Shown here in pieces: positions 36,501 to 47,873 of a DNA stretch of 64,000 nucleotides (the stretch's first letter is position 1; each line of letters begins with the position of its first letter). A model generated the notes under the pieces. That model was not told the DNA's origin, did no database searches, and saw only the letters and a list, made by a program, of their open reading frames with translations. The translations under genes and the position numbers were made by a program. Source of the stretch: an uncultured Planctomycetota bacterium (GTDB taxonomy: Bacteria > Planctomycetota > Planctomycetia > Isosphaerales > Isosphaeraceae); NCBI GenBank assembly GCA_963845755.1, contig CAWJTV010000030.1:1-64000 (forward strand), in the 5' to 3' direction.

Positions 36501-36973
36501 CGCTCTTCCTCCATCAGGTGGTATCGGAATTGCCGCTGGAGCAACAACGGATGCTCGAGAAGGCGAGGAGTCGCGATGCCGTCCTCGAAGGCCGCCACGT
36601 GCTCATCGTCGAGGACGACGTGCGGAACGTCTTCGCCCTCACGAGCATCCTCGAGCCGCGCGGCGTAGTCGTGCAGATCGCGCGCAACGGCAGGGAGGCG
36701 CTCGAGGTCCTCGAGCGAGAGCTGACCCATCCAGATCAGGCGATCGACCTGGTGCTCATGGACGTGATGATGCCGGAGATGGACGGTCTCACCGCCACTC
36801 GTGAAATCCGGAGGCGGCCCGAGTGGAAGAGGCTGCCTGTGATCATGCTGACGGCGAAGGCGATGAAGGACGACCAGGAGCGCTGCCTCGCGGCCGGCGC
36901 GAACGACTACATGGCGAAACCGCTCGACGTGGAGAAACTGCTGTCTCTGGTCCGCGTGTGGATGCCGAGGTGA
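33520..36973 (+). CDS. Hybrid histidine kinase: TM-CHASE3-TM-GAF-coiled coil-HisKA-HATPase-3 receivers (frameshifts near 36055, 36200, 36425)
   Basis: DAETGQRGYLITG (CHASE3), FLANMSHELRTPLN, GGTGLGL, three receiver modules. Confidence 0.92.
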
Positions 36974-36985
36974 GAGGGCTATTCC

Positions 36986-37813
36986 GTGCCCGACAAGACC
37001 GACGACATCGAACTGATGCTCCTGCTCGAGGCGATTCTCCGCAAGTACCACTACGACTTCCGGGGGTACTCGATGGCTTCCATCAAGAGACGGCTCATTC
37101 AAGCCAGGGAGTCCTTCGGAGACAGCACCTTCTCGCTGCTCCAGAACCGAGTATTGCACGATCCCGAGGTGCTGCCCAGACTGATCTCCTTCCTCACGGT
37201 TCAGGTCAGCGAGCTTTTTCGCGATCCTGCTTACTTTCGGGTGATTCGTGAGTCGGTCGTGCCGCATCTGAGGACCTACCCGTCGCTCAAGGTCTGGGTG
37301 GCCGGGTGCGGCGCCGGTGAGGAGCTCTATTCGTTGGCCATCCTCTTTCGCGAGGAGGGGCTTGAGGACCGAACACTCTTCTATGGAACGGACATCAATC
37401 CCGACGCGCTGAAGAGGGCCGAGGCTGGGGTGTACGAGGTCGACCGGATCCCGATCTTCACGGAAAACCACCGGGCATCGGGCGGCAAATCCTCCTTATC
37501 GGACTATTATCTGGCGGCGTACGGTGCCGCCGTATTCGACAAGAGCTTGCGAAAGCGGACCGTCTTCTCCGACCACAGCCTGGTCACCGACGCGGTCTTC
37601 GCCGAGATGCACCTCGTCTCCTGTCGGAACGTTCTGATCTACTTCGACCGCGAACTCCAAGATCGCGCGATCGGCCTCTTCAAGGACTCGCTCGCGAGAA
37701 AGGGCTTCCTGGGACTTGGCGCGAAGGAGAATCTCCGCTTCTCGGCACACGCCGATGCGTTCGCCGAGTTCGCACGCGACGAGAGGATCTTCCAGAAGCG
37801 AGGTCTCCCATGA
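36986..37813 (+). CDS. cheR: CheR-type protein-glutamate O-methyltransferase
   Basis: YDFRGYS, LFRDP, WVAGCGAGEELYS, GTDIN, CRNVLIYF. Confidence 0.95.
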   Translation: MPDKTDDIELMLLLEAILRKYHYDFRGYSMASIKRRLIQARESFGDSTFSLLQNRVLHDPEVLPRLISFLTVQVSELFRDPAYFRVIRESVVPHLRTYPSLKVWVAGCGAGEELYSLAILFREEGLEDRTLFYGTDINPDALKRAEAGVYEVDRIPIFTENHRASGGKSSLSDYYLAAYGAAVFDKSLRKRTVFSDHSLVTDAVFAEMHLVSCRNVLIYFDRELQDRAIGLFKDSLARKGFLGLGAKENLRFSAHADAFAEFARDERIFQKRGLP

Positions 37814-38388
37814 ACGTCGCGTCGACCCAGGCGATCGTCCTCGGTGCCTCCGCGGGAGCCGTTGACGCCCTGTCCACGATCCTTCCCGCCCTGCGCGCCG
37901 GATTCCCGCTGCCGATGATCGTGGTCGTCCATCTGCCGCCGGACAAGAATAACGTGATTCCGGAGCTGCTCCGGGTCAGATGTCGGATCAACGTGAGGGA
38001 GGCTGAAGACAAGGAACCGATTCAACCCGGCACGGTGTACTTTGCTCCGCCCGACTACCATCTTCTCGTCGAGACGAACAGACGGCTTTCCCTCTCGAGT
38101 GAAGAGCCGGTCCATTTTTCTCGGCCGTCGATCGACGTCCTGTTCGAGACCGCCGCGGATGCGTATGCGTCCGAACTCATCGGAATCATCCTCACGGGCG
38201 CGAACAGCGACGGCGCACGGGGATTGCGAGCGGTGTATGAAGCGGGAGGGATCGCCCTGGTCCAACGTCCCGAGCTCGCATATTCTCCCGTCATGCCCCA
38301 GGCCGCACTGGACGCCTGTCCCGGTGCACTTGCCCTCGGTCTGGAGGAGATCGCGGCCTACCTCATGGAGGTCGTCAGCGGAAAATGA
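37810..38388 (+). CDS. cheB: CheB methylesterase (no receiver domain)
   Basis: GASAG, VVHL, APPDYHL, SRPSIDVLF, LTGANSDG. Confidence 0.95.
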   Translation: MNVASTQAIVLGASAGAVDALSTILPALRAGFPLPMIVVVHLPPDKNNVIPELLRVRCRINVREAEDKEPIQPGTVYFAPPDYHLLVETNRRLSLSSEEPVHFSRPSIDVLFETAADAYASELIGIILTGANSDGARGLRAVYEAGGIALVQRPELAYSPVMPQAALDACPGALALGLEEIAAYLMEVVSGK

Positions 38389-40004
38389 TCACGACGCCGA
38401 TCGAACCGGTTCACTGTTTGCTGGTCGATGACCTCGAGGAGAACCTGATCGCACTCGAGGCGCTGCTCCGGTCGCACGGAGTGGTGCTCTTGAAGGCACG
38501 CTCAGGCCGTGAGGCGCTGGAGCTACTCCTCAAGTACGATGTGGCGCTCGCGCTCGTCGACGTACAAATGCCCGAAATGGATGGGTTCGAGCTCGCCGAG
38601 TTGATGAGGGGGACGGAGCGAACCCGCCGCGTGCCGATCATCTTCCTCACCGCCGGGAGCGCGGACCGGCAGCGGCGATTCCGCGGATACGAGGCTGGGG
38701 CCGTGGATTTCCTCCAGAAGCCCCTCGAGCCGGACATCCTCCGAAATAAGGCCGAGGTGTTCTTCGAACTCTACCGGCAGAGGCAGGAAGTGGCCCGTCA
38801 GCGCGACGACCTCAGGGCCGCGACCGAGGAGAACGCCCGCCTGTTGGAGGAGAGCCGGAAGTATGCCGAGGCGCTCAAGCGAGCCGACTTGCGAAAGGAC
38901 GAGTTCCTGGCGATGCTCGCACACGAGCTTCGAAATCCGCTCTCGGCGATCTCCAATGCCGTTCAACTCTCCAAACAAAGCAGCGCTCCGGAGCATCATG
39001 ACTGGGCAAGACAAGTCACCGAGACGCAGATCAAGAACCTGTCTCGGTTGATCGACGACCTCCTGGATGTCTCCCGTATTACTCGCGGAAAGATCCTTCT
39101 CAAGAAAGAAATCGTGGACGTCGGTCGGATCATCGGGCACGCCATCACTTCGGTCAGCTCGCTCGTCGAGGCCCGAGGCCACGACCTCACGGTCGAGTAT
39201 GGTCACGGGGACACGATGCTCGATGTCGATCCGACCCGCCTCGAGCAGATGGTCGCGAATCTGCTCAATAACGCAGCCAAGTATTCGGACAACGGAGGAC
39301 GCATTCGGCTACGTACCGAGCTCCGCGGCGCAACTCTTATCATCACCGTCGAAGATACCGGCGTCGGCATCGAACCGGAGCGTCTTCCGATGATATTCGA
39401 GCCCTTCGTCCAGGAAGACCGCTCGATCGCTCGATCCGAAGGCGGACTTGGGATTGGGCTGACGCTAGTCAAGAAGCTCGCCGAGTTGCACGGGGGAAGC
39501 GTCATGGCCGAGAGCAAGGGTATCGGCCGCGGAAGCACCTTCACCCTGAGCCTCCACGTGGCGTCGAGGACGCCCGCTGATTCGGTGCGGGGACCCGAGG
39601 CGGAGCCAATACAACCCGATGCCGTCAAGCTGCGGATTCTTGTTGTCGATGACAACGTCGATACGGCGAATGCGATGGGCCGCCTCCTGGAGCTCAAGGG
39701 CCAGGAGGTCACCATCGCTCATAGCGGACCTTCGGCCGTTGAACTGGCGAGGACGCTCCGGCCCGACGTCGTGATCCTCGATATCGGCCTGCCCGTCATG
39801 AACGGCTACGAAGTTGCGGAAACGCTTCGACGTGAGGGCTGTTGCTCCGATTCATATTTCATCGCGATCACCGGCTACGGCCAGGATCAGGACCGTGCGC
39901 GCTCGAAGGCGATGGGCTTCGCCCACCACCTGGTCAAGCCCGTTGATCTCGAGGCCGTCATCTGCATCCTCAGGGGGTTGTCCGTGCCGCGGAAGGACGC
40001 GTGA
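38385..40004 (+). CDS. Hybrid histidine kinase REC-HisKA-HATPase-REC
   Basis: LLVDD, DVQMP, LAHELRNPL, GGLGIGL, C-terminal receiver. Confidence 0.94.
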   Translation: MITTPIEPVHCLLVDDLEENLIALEALLRSHGVVLLKARSGREALELLLKYDVALALVDVQMPEMDGFELAELMRGTERTRRVPIIFLTAGSADRQRRFRGYEAGAVDFLQKPLEPDILRNKAEVFFELYRQRQEVARQRDDLRAATEENARLLEESRKYAEALKRADLRKDEFLAMLAHELRNPLSAISNAVQLSKQSSAPEHHDWARQVTETQIKNLSRLIDDLLDVSRITRGKILLKKEIVDVGRIIGHAITSVSSLVEARGHDLTVEYGHGDTMLDVDPTRLEQMVANLLNNAAKYSDNGGRIRLRTELRGATLIITVEDTGVGIEPERLPMIFEPFVQEDRSIARSEGGLGIGLTLVKKLAELHGGSVMAESKGIGRGSTFTLSLHVASRTPADSVRGPEAEPIQPDAVKLRILVVDDNVDTANAMGRLLELKGQEVTIAHSGPSAVELARTLRPDVVILDIGLPVMNGYEVAETLRREGCCSDSYFIAITGYGQDQDRARSKAMGFAHHLVKPVDLEAVICILRGLSVPRKDA

Positions 40005-41403
40005 CGGAGTTGGTGTTAGACGCAAGATCGTCGAATCGGTCTGTGTAGCGATCCTGTGAGATTCGATCCGAAAGTCACGATGTCCCTTCGACCACAAGAG
40101 TTGCCGTCATGGTGCCGACTCCGGGGACGCGCAGAATCGCGACCCCAGGGACGCATCGCAACTGTCGATGAGTCTTCGTCGCGGGTGTCGCATCGCTAAT
40201 CGCGGATGAAGGCAAAGATCAACGCGGTGGTTTGGACGAAGAATTCGCCCGGACCCGGCTGGGCGAAGAGCCCCTGAATGAAGATCTGCCCCTGGGAGAT
40301 CATCGTTACGAACGGGAAGCCACCCGTCTCGATGGGGGCGAGGGTATAGCTGCCTTGGGCCATGAACGTGACCCCGGTCGTCACGTCGAACTGCACCCAG
40401 GTGAACTGGCCGTTCGCTTTGAACGTGACAGTCGCCGGGAACCCATTGCCGAACGCCGGCGTGCTGGTCACGCTCCAGGTGCCGAGCAGTGGGTTGGCCG
40501 GGTTGCCCCCACCTCCGCCTCCACCATCACCGCCGCCACCACGATCTGTCCGTCGCGCTCGATGGCCACACCGACGGCATTGGCTGAGTCGTCGGGGCCA
40601 AAGCTCGAGATCACCTGGCCGCCCGTACCGAATCTCGTGTCCAGGCTGCCATTTGTGTTGAAGCGCGCAGAACGAAGTCATCTTTGAGCGTGTTGGGATC
40701 GGTGGTCGGCCAGCCACAACAATCTTGCCGTTTGGCTGGAACTCCAGGCTCGCGGTGGTGAGCTGCATGTCGGGACCCAAACCCGTGAGGACTTCGCCTC
40801 CGGAAGCGAACGACGCATCCCGGCGGCCGCTCGCGGTGAGGCAGCCCAGGGCGAAGTCCTGGAAGAAATTGTCGTCACTATCGAAGCCCGAGGCCGTTCC
40901 AGCGACCACGATCTGGCCGTTGGTCTGGATCGCCAGGCCCGCAGCGGTCGCCGAGGGATCGCTGCCGAATTCGACGAGGACTTCACCTCCCTTGCCGAAG
41001 CCCTGGTCAAGGGTAGCATCCTTGTTGTAGCGCGCCACCCGATATCCTGGTCGAACGTACTGTTGAAGTTGCCAACGATGCTCCCCACGACCACGATCTT
41101 GCCATCGGACTGGATCGCCACGGCCGCGGCTTCATTTGTCCCGGTGCCGAAATCGGTGAGGACTGAGCCGTTGTTGCCGAAGTTCGTGTCAACAGTGCCA
41201 TCGCTGGTGACCGGGGGTTGGAAGGTGCCGTCGACCTTACCGAGCATCACGTCGACCTGGTCGAGGCTGGTATTGTCGGTCGCGACGTCGACCTTCCCGT
41301 TCCCCTTAGAATCCGCGACGACCATCGCGACGGTGCCTGCCGAAATGGGCGTGGCGAGCGGACCGACGAAGGCGGGGACCACCCGGTCTTCGAGTCCTTC
41401 TAA

Positions 41404-42419
41404 GAGGGGATCTGGGAACTTACAGGGATTAGGCGAACCTTCGGTGTGCATTGACGTAGAAACGGGTCGTTGGCCTCCTTGAACTCCGACATCCTTTTCC
41501 TCTGATGACGCCATGCCACGAGCCCACAAGCCTCAGCGACCTCCGCGGACCCCGACCACGCAATCGCGAACCCCCTACGAGACCGACCTCACCGATGCCC
41601 AATGGGAAATCATCCAGCTCCTGTTGCCCCCGCCGCCGGGCGGCGGACGACCGCGCACGACCGACATGCGAGAGGTCCTCAACGCCATCCTCTACGTGCT
41701 CCGCACCGGCTGTGCCTGGGACCTGCTGCCTCATGACTTTCCCCCGCCCGGGACCGCCTACGACTACTTCAGTCAGTGGCGGCGCACCGGGACGATCGCG
41801 CGGATTCATGACGCGTTGCGGCCGATGGTACGGGAGGCGTCGGAACGCGATCCCGAACCGTCGGCAGCCAGCCTGGACAGCCAGTCGGTCAAGACAACCG
41901 AGGTGGGCGGGATCCAGGGCTTCGATGCGGGGAAGAAGGTGAAGGGCCGGAAGCGGCATATCTTGGTGGACACCCTGGGCCTGCTGATCGCGGTGGTCGT
42001 GACGTCCGCAGGGGTGCAGGACTACCACGGGGCCAAGCCGGTGCTGGAGAAGGTCAAGGGTCGCTGTCCGCGGTTGAAGGTCATCTGGGCCGATGGCATC
42101 TATGAGAAGGGATGGCTGATCGCCTGGGTCGAGAGCGAATGCGGTTGGGAGTTGCAGGTGATCAAGCGGACGGACGATACCAAAGGGTTCAAGCTGCTGC
42201 CGAAGCGGTGGGTGGTGGAGCGGACGTTCGGCTGGCTGGGACGATATCGCCGACTGAGTAAGGACTACGAGGGATTGACCGAGACGAGTGAGGCTATGAT
42301 TCAGATGGCAATGATTCATATTATGCTCCGACGTTTGGAACCGACGCACCAATATTCCCTAGTTTCACAAAATGAGGGGGTCGAGATTTCCCAGGCCGCT
42401 TAATTTTCCAAATCCCCTC
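41404..42419 (+). mobile_element. IS5-family (IS1031-like) insertion sequence, 1016 bp
   Basis: IRL GAGGGGATCTGGGAACTTA versus IRR(rc) GAGGGGATTTGGAAAATTA (16/19); TAA duplicated at 41401-41403 and 42420-42422. Confidence 0.93.
41513..42403 (+). CDS. IS5-family DDE transposase, intact
   Basis: YETDLTDAQW, LDSQSVK, GRKRHILVDTLG, WADGIY, RWVVERTFGWL. Confidence 0.96.
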   Translation: MPRAHKPQRPPRTPTTQSRTPYETDLTDAQWEIIQLLLPPPPGGGRPRTTDMREVLNAILYVLRTGCAWDLLPHDFPPPGTAYDYFSQWRRTGTIARIHDALRPMVREASERDPEPSAASLDSQSVKTTEVGGIQGFDAGKKVKGRKRHILVDTLGLLIAVVVTSAGVQDYHGAKPVLEKVKGRCPRLKVIWADGIYEKGWLIAWVESECGWELQVIKRTDDTKGFKLLPKRWVVERTFGWLGRYRRLSKDYEGLTETSEAMIQMAMIHIMLRRLEPTHQYSLVSQNEGVEISQAA

Positions 42420-42936
42420 TAAGACGAGACGCAGCATCGATCGATTTGGACGTCTCAGATTCAGACGACGGCCGTGCCGTGGGGAATCTCGACGAGCTTC
42501 GTCGTCACTACGCAGGAGTCCTCGAGCCAACATTGGTAAACTTTCTTCGAAAATGAACAATCACAACATGATACTTTAAAATTAGATACGTCATCATTCG
42601 GAGGTTTTCGGGCGCATTGCCGCGCTTTTCCGGATGACCGCGTACGTAGCCGAAACCATGGCGGGTTCCACATCCGCATGGGTTGAGCGATCGGGCCCAT
42701 CGCCGAAACGCCCCCGACTGCAGGACCAGGTCATCGGGTCTCGAACTCTTCACCTCGTAGAACGAGGAGTGGGATCGCTCAATTCCGTCCGCCATCCGCT
42801 CGCGGAGGATTTCCCGATCGCAGGGAAGCGGCGATGACCGGGCCAGCTAGTCGGTCGAGTCTCCCCATTATCGAAGGGGGTGGGGGACTCTCTCATCGAC
42901 ACTGCCGCGCGCGCAATCTAAGCGTGAAGCGTCTAG

Positions 42937-44830
42937 ACCAAAACAAGCGTGAGAAAAAAAGCGGCCATGTATCATTTATGTGAGTATTTATATTATTCAA
43001 GACGTACTCTCTACAACTCGGGGGAGGCTGGCCCCGTCCTAGCTGCCCGAATTGCTCGTTGACATCACCCACCCCCTTTCTTCGTTCGATGGCCCATGCG
43101 GATAGGGGCATCCGGACCCCGACTTCAGGGTCGAACCGGTCAACACAGCCGGCATGCGTGCAGCCGCTCGACCAGCCGCAGCAACACCGCTTGCCACGGA
43201 TTCCACGACAGGAACCGGTAGATCAACCGGCGGCCCGCCCGCACGAGCTGGCACGGCATCCGGAGGAACGCCTCGCGATAGGTCGCGAACTCCATCCGCA
43301 ACAACGTGCGCCGCTCCGACTCGTGTTGGGCACGGTGACGTGGCGCCACGGGGACCAGCAACGCGCTCCACGCCTTGAGGCTCCATGCCAACGACGCCAT
43401 CACCATGTACGCCCAGTTGCTGACCAGATCGTCCACGGGGGTCGTCAACGCGTGGACGCCACTCTTGAGCTGGGCGATCAGATTCTCCTGGTCGCAACGA
43501 TCGTTGGCCGAGAACACGACCTCCTCGGCCGTCATCGTGCGGTCGTTGGTGATGTAAAAGAAGTACCGGTATTCCTCGAACAAGCGGAGCTGTCCCTTGG
43601 CGACCCCGATCCGCTTGCGGAGGACGATCATCCGATAACTCTTCCGGCAAGCCAGCGGCCGGTAGTTGAACTCCGCGACCATCTCCTCGAGCAGTTCGAG
43701 GTTCTCGTAGCCGCGGCGGCGGACGATCTCGGCTTTGACTCGCTCCGGCTTCTGCCGCGGGGCGGTCTGGATCTGGTACCGCGGTGGTCGGTTCAGGAGA
43801 CGATACGAGCTGGCCGGCAGTCGGTCAGCTCGGGCTTGGAGGGACGGGGACGCCTCGTAGCCGAAGATGAACCGGAGGTCGCCCGCGGCGTCCCATCCAT
43901 CCAGATGCTTGGTCAGGGCGATGCGGGTGTCGCCCCGCATGAGGATCGAGCGGAAGCCCGCCCGACGGACCAGGGCGACGGCCTTGTCCAAGAACTCGTC
44001 AGCCCGTTCTTGGCAGGGGCGGTTGCCGCTGCGATTGAGTAGGTAAAGCGGTTCGGCCGTATTGGCCAGCGAGATCAGCAGCGGATGGTAACCATATTGG
44101 CCGTCGTAGGTGAAATCCATCCCGTGCTTGCACTCGGCATCGCTGGGCACGATGCTGCCATCGGCCTCGAGGATCGCCTCGGCGAAGAACTCGGGTGGTT
44201 GCTGGGCCCAGACCCGCAGCCGTGCCTCGTTGATCGCGGCCATCAGAGTCAGGACGTCGTCCTCGGTGAAACGGCGGCAGAAGTCGCCAGCCGTGGTGGG
44301 GTCGGGGATGCGCTGGGCTCCCAGGGCATCGAGGTAGACCTCGTCGTTGCGCGCAGTTCGAGGTGCTCGAGGCACAGGCCCCCGGCGAGGATGTTGAAGG
44401 CGATGTTCAGGACATGGTCGGATTCGTGGTAGGGCAGATGCCGCTTGAGCAAGTGAAGCTTGTGATCGATCTCCTGGATGAGCCCGACCCTCTGAGCCAG
44501 AAGGAAGATGGCCCCGATGCCGCCGGCACTGAGCCCCCGGGTGCGCTGGGCCGGCTCGTAGTGGATATTGGAGGCGGTCATCATAGGTACAGGCCGCTCG
44601 GGTCCGGGCGTATTGGCGAGCCGATTCTTGATCCGCCGCCGCCCCTGCTGGAAGGATCTCTTCTTGCGTGCAGCCTGCTTTTTTCGGAGAGTAGCGCTCA
44701 CTCGAAACACCCCCTTGTCTTGGAAGAATGAGGATGTGAACTCTCCTACATTATTCCAAGAACTTGCGGGGTTTTCGAGCTTTTTCTTCAGAATCGGGCC
44801 AGGCGGACCATAAATCACGCTTGGTTAGGG
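42937..44830 (-). mobile_element. IS1380-family insertion sequence, about 1894 bp
   Basis: Ends ACCAAAACAAGCGTGA and CCCTAACCAAGCGTGA(rc) (13/16), flanked by CTAG at 42933-42936 and 44831-44834. Confidence 0.78.
43140..44701 (-). CDS. IS1380-family transposase (frameshift near 44355)
   Basis: PYHESDHV, IPDPTTAGDFCRRF, GYHPL, MRGD, RCDQENLIAQLK. Confidence 0.88.
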
Positions 44831-44861
44831 CTAGAATCCTGTATCCTTCTTCGCGTGCGTC

Positions 44862-46076
44862 TCAGCCGTGCGAAGAGAGACGCGAATGGGTGGGACCGAG
44901 ATTCCCCTGACCACCGGCATTGTCGCCGCGAAGTAACCTCTCGTAGAGGGAACGGAGCTGCTGGGTCATCGTCTCGTGCCGGAATTGATGGGCGAACCTT
45001 CGACGCCCTTCCGCGCCCATCTGGGCACGGAGCGCATCATTCTCGGCGAGTCGAAGGATCGCGTGGTTCAGCCCATCGAGGTCGCGTGGCGGAAGCAGGA
45101 CACCGGTCTCCGGTAGCACGACCTCGCGGGCACCGTCGATGTCGTAACTGATGACGGGGCGACCGACCAGGAGCGCCTGCGGCAAGACGCGGGCCAAGCC
45201 CTCGCGGAGGCTGGGATGGATGACCGCATCGACGGCTCCGAGATATTCGGGTATGCGATTGGGCGGGACCAGCCCGGTGAGGATGAACGCTTGGCTGATG
45301 CCGAGCCGTTCGAGGTTAGCCACCAGGCGGGCGCGAAGGATCCCGTCTCCGATCCAGACGAAGCGGACCTTCGGATTGGCGGCGAGAACCCGCGGGGCGA
45401 TCGACAGGATGTCGTCATGGCCCTTCAACTCGAAGAGACGCGCCACCGTGGCGAATGCGATCTCATCGTCGGCCAGACCCAACTCGCGTCGCACTTCGAT
45501 TCGCCCGCGTGGCGGGGTCAGGAACGCGTCCGCGTCCATGCCACTGTAGACGGTGAGAAACTGGTCCGGTCGCCCCACGCCGGCGGCCCGCGCCTGGGTG
45601 GTCATGGCATCGCACACGCTCACGATCGCGTGGCAACGCCGTGCCGCCCAGCGCTCAAGGGCGACGTAGAGGCGATTCCGCCAGGGACTCTCGAACGGAC
45701 CGAACGGCATGCCGTGGATCGTGTGCACGATCGCCGGGACCTGTTCGGCCCATGCCGCCGCCCGGCCGAGGATGCCGGCCTTCGAACTGTGCGTGTGCAC
45801 GACGTCGGGCTTCCAATCCCGTAATGCTCCGCGAAGCTTGTGATACGCGCGGAGATCCACGCGCGGCCGGATGGCGCGGACCAGTTCGGGCATCACCTCG
45901 ACGTTCAGTCCCAGATCCGAGGCGCGCGCGAAGAGGTCGCCTTCGGGCCCTTCCGCAGGGCCGGTAACGAGTGTCACGTCGTCGCGATACTGATGGTGCA
46001 ATCCTTCGACGGTCAGCAGCGTGTTCTCCTGAGCGCCACCGATGATCAGACGGGTAATGACGTGGACGATGCGCAT
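44862..46076 (-). CDS. Glycosyltransferase family 4
   Basis: IIGGAQEN, VHTHSSKAG, KGHD, EGLARVLPQAL. Confidence 0.92.
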   Translation of the reverse strand: MRIVHVITRLIIGGAQENTLLTVEGLHHQYRDDVTLVTGPAEGPEGDLFARASDLGLNVEVMPELVRAIRPRVDLRAYHKLRGALRDWKPDVVHTHSSKAGILGRAAAWAEQVPAIVHTIHGMPFGPFESPWRNRLYVALERWAARRCHAIVSVCDAMTTQARAAGVGRPDQFLTVYSGMDADAFLTPPRGRIEVRRELGLADDEIAFATVARLFELKGHDDILSIAPRVLAANPKVRFVWIGDGILRARLVANLERLGISQAFILTGLVPPNRIPEYLGAVDAVIHPSLREGLARVLPQALLVGRPVISYDIDGAREVVLPETGVLLPPRDLDGLNHAILRLAENDALRAQMGAEGRRRFAHQFRHETMTQQLRSLYERLLRGDNAGGQGNLGPTHSRLSSHG

Positions 46077-46822
46077 TGTTCCTCTGATCCATAGTGGACG
46101 CGCAACAGGAAAAGTCCTTGAGGAGGAGCCGTCGGCCCCGCCTCGACGCGACTTTCGGCAGCAAGCACGTCAGTGATCCAGGCCGCGGATCGTTTTCCTG
46201 TCCCGACTAGCATCAAGGTCCCCGCGATGGAACGGACCATATTGTACAGGAATCCATCGGCCTCGACTTCGACGAGAACGATCTCCCCATTCCGCTCGAC
46301 CGAGATGTCCAAAATCGTTCGAACGCTGCTGGTGCGATTGGGCCATTCCGTCTCGAAGCTCCGGAAGTCATGCCGGCCCAGCAGCCTGCGTGCGGCACAG
46401 TCCATCGCGTTCGCAACGAGTGGTCGGGGGACGTGCCAGGAGTATCGGAGTTGAAACGGACTGGCGATCCGGCCATTGTCGATCACGTAGCGATACCGCT
46501 TGGACTTCGCGTCCAGAGTGGCGTGGAAGGCTTGCGGCCTCTCCCAAGCTTCGAGAACCCGGACATCACGGGACAACATGGCGTTCAAGGCACGAACGAA
46601 AGTCTCGGTCGAGTGGCCCGAGGCGGTGAAGAAATGGACCGACTGGCCTAGCGCATGGACACCCGCGTCGGTTCGCCCGCTGGCCGTTGCGTTTGGCCGG
46701 ACGCCAGTGAGCTTCTCGATCGCCTCTTCGAGAGCCTGCTGGACCGTCCTCAGTCCCGGCTGGTGCTGCCAGCCGTGGAATGCGGTACCATCATAGCTGA
46801 GGATCAACTGGATATTCCGCAT
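46046..46822 (-). CDS. truA: tRNA pseudouridine(38-40) synthase
   Basis: YDGTAFHGWQ, SGRTDAGVHA, GFLYNMVR, TAPPQGL. Confidence 0.97.
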   Translation of the reverse strand: MRNIQLILSYDGTAFHGWQHQPGLRTVQQALEEAIEKLTGVRPNATASGRTDAGVHALGQSVHFFTASGHSTETFVRALNAMLSRDVRVLEAWERPQAFHATLDAKSKRYRYVIDNGRIASPFQLRYSWHVPRPLVANAMDCAARRLLGRHDFRSFETEWPNRTSSVRTILDISVERNGEIVLVEVEADGFLYNMVRSIAGTLMLVGTGKRSAAWITDVLAAESRVEAGPTAPPQGLFLLRVHYGSEEQCASSTSLPV

Positions 46823-46854
46823 CGGACCGAAGGCGGCCGGCGAGTCGATCTCGT

Positions 46855-47873
46855 TCAGACCTCGACCGGAGCGAGCTCCAGGAGTTTTTCGGCGATTTGC
46901 ACCGCATTCGTCGCCGCCCCCTTGCGGAGGTTATCGCTGACGCACCAGAACAAGAGCCGCATTGGTCCGGCCGAGGTCGAGTCGGATCCGGCCGACAAAC
47001 ACGTCATCCTTGCCCGTGGCATCGGCGGCCAATGGGTAAATCCTGGCCATCGGGTCATCTACCACCGTCACACCCGGAGCGTCGGCCCAGAGGGCAAGGG
47101 CTTCCTCGACCGAAAGCGGACGCTCCGTTTCCACGAGGATCGACTCGCTGTGGGACATCGCGACCGGTACGCGGACACACGTGGGACTGACGTCGATGGT
47201 CGGGTCTCCCATGATCTTTCGGGTCTCGTTGACCATCTTCATCTCCTCCTTCGTGTAGCCATTCGGGAGGAAATCGTCGATCTGAGGGATGCAGTTGCCG
47301 AGGATCGGGTGGGCGAACTTGACCGGGTCGGGGATGGCTTTGCCGTGGACATGCGCCTCGGTCTGCGAGGAAAGCTCATGAATCCCCTTCATGCCGGCCC
47401 CGGACACCGACTGGTAGGTGCTCACGACGACCCGTCGCACGCGGGCCGCATCGTGGAGAGGCTTTAGTGCGACCACCATCTGAATCGTCGAACAGTTCGG
47501 ATTGGCAATGATCCCCTGGTGGTTTCGAATGTCCTGCGCGTTCACCTCGGGGACGACCAGCGGGACGTCCGGCTCCATGCGGAAGGCGCTGGAATTGTCG
47601 ACGACGACGGCACCGGCAGCCGCGGCGATCGGGCTCCACTGCCGGGATACGCTTGCCGGCGTGCTCGAGAGCACGATGTCGATGCCCTCGAAGGCTTCGG
47701 TGGAGAGGGGTTCCAACGAATACTCCTCGCCGCGAAATCGCACGGACTTCCCCGCGCCTGCGCTCGGACGCCAGGAACCTAATCGAACCGATGGGGAAAT
47801 CGCGATCTTCCAGGAGGCGAATCATTCGCTCTCCCACTGCACCTGTGGCCCCGACAACGGCAACATGCTTCAC
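46855..47873 (-). CDS. asd: Aspartate-semialdehyde dehydrogenase (frameshifts near 47755 and 46965)
   Basis: [51 protein letters not shown]. Confidence 0.96.

Larger units (their letters stand above)
40196..42533 (-). pseudogene. Planctomycete secreted repeat protein (LEPRxLL-type motif, FG-GAP-like remnant, delta-60-like repeats), disrupted by IS5
   Basis: Removing the IS and one TAA restores RRPNRSMLRLVLEGLEDRVVPA; downstream DGTVDTNFG...AVAIQSDGKIVVVG repeats. Confidence 0.8.
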
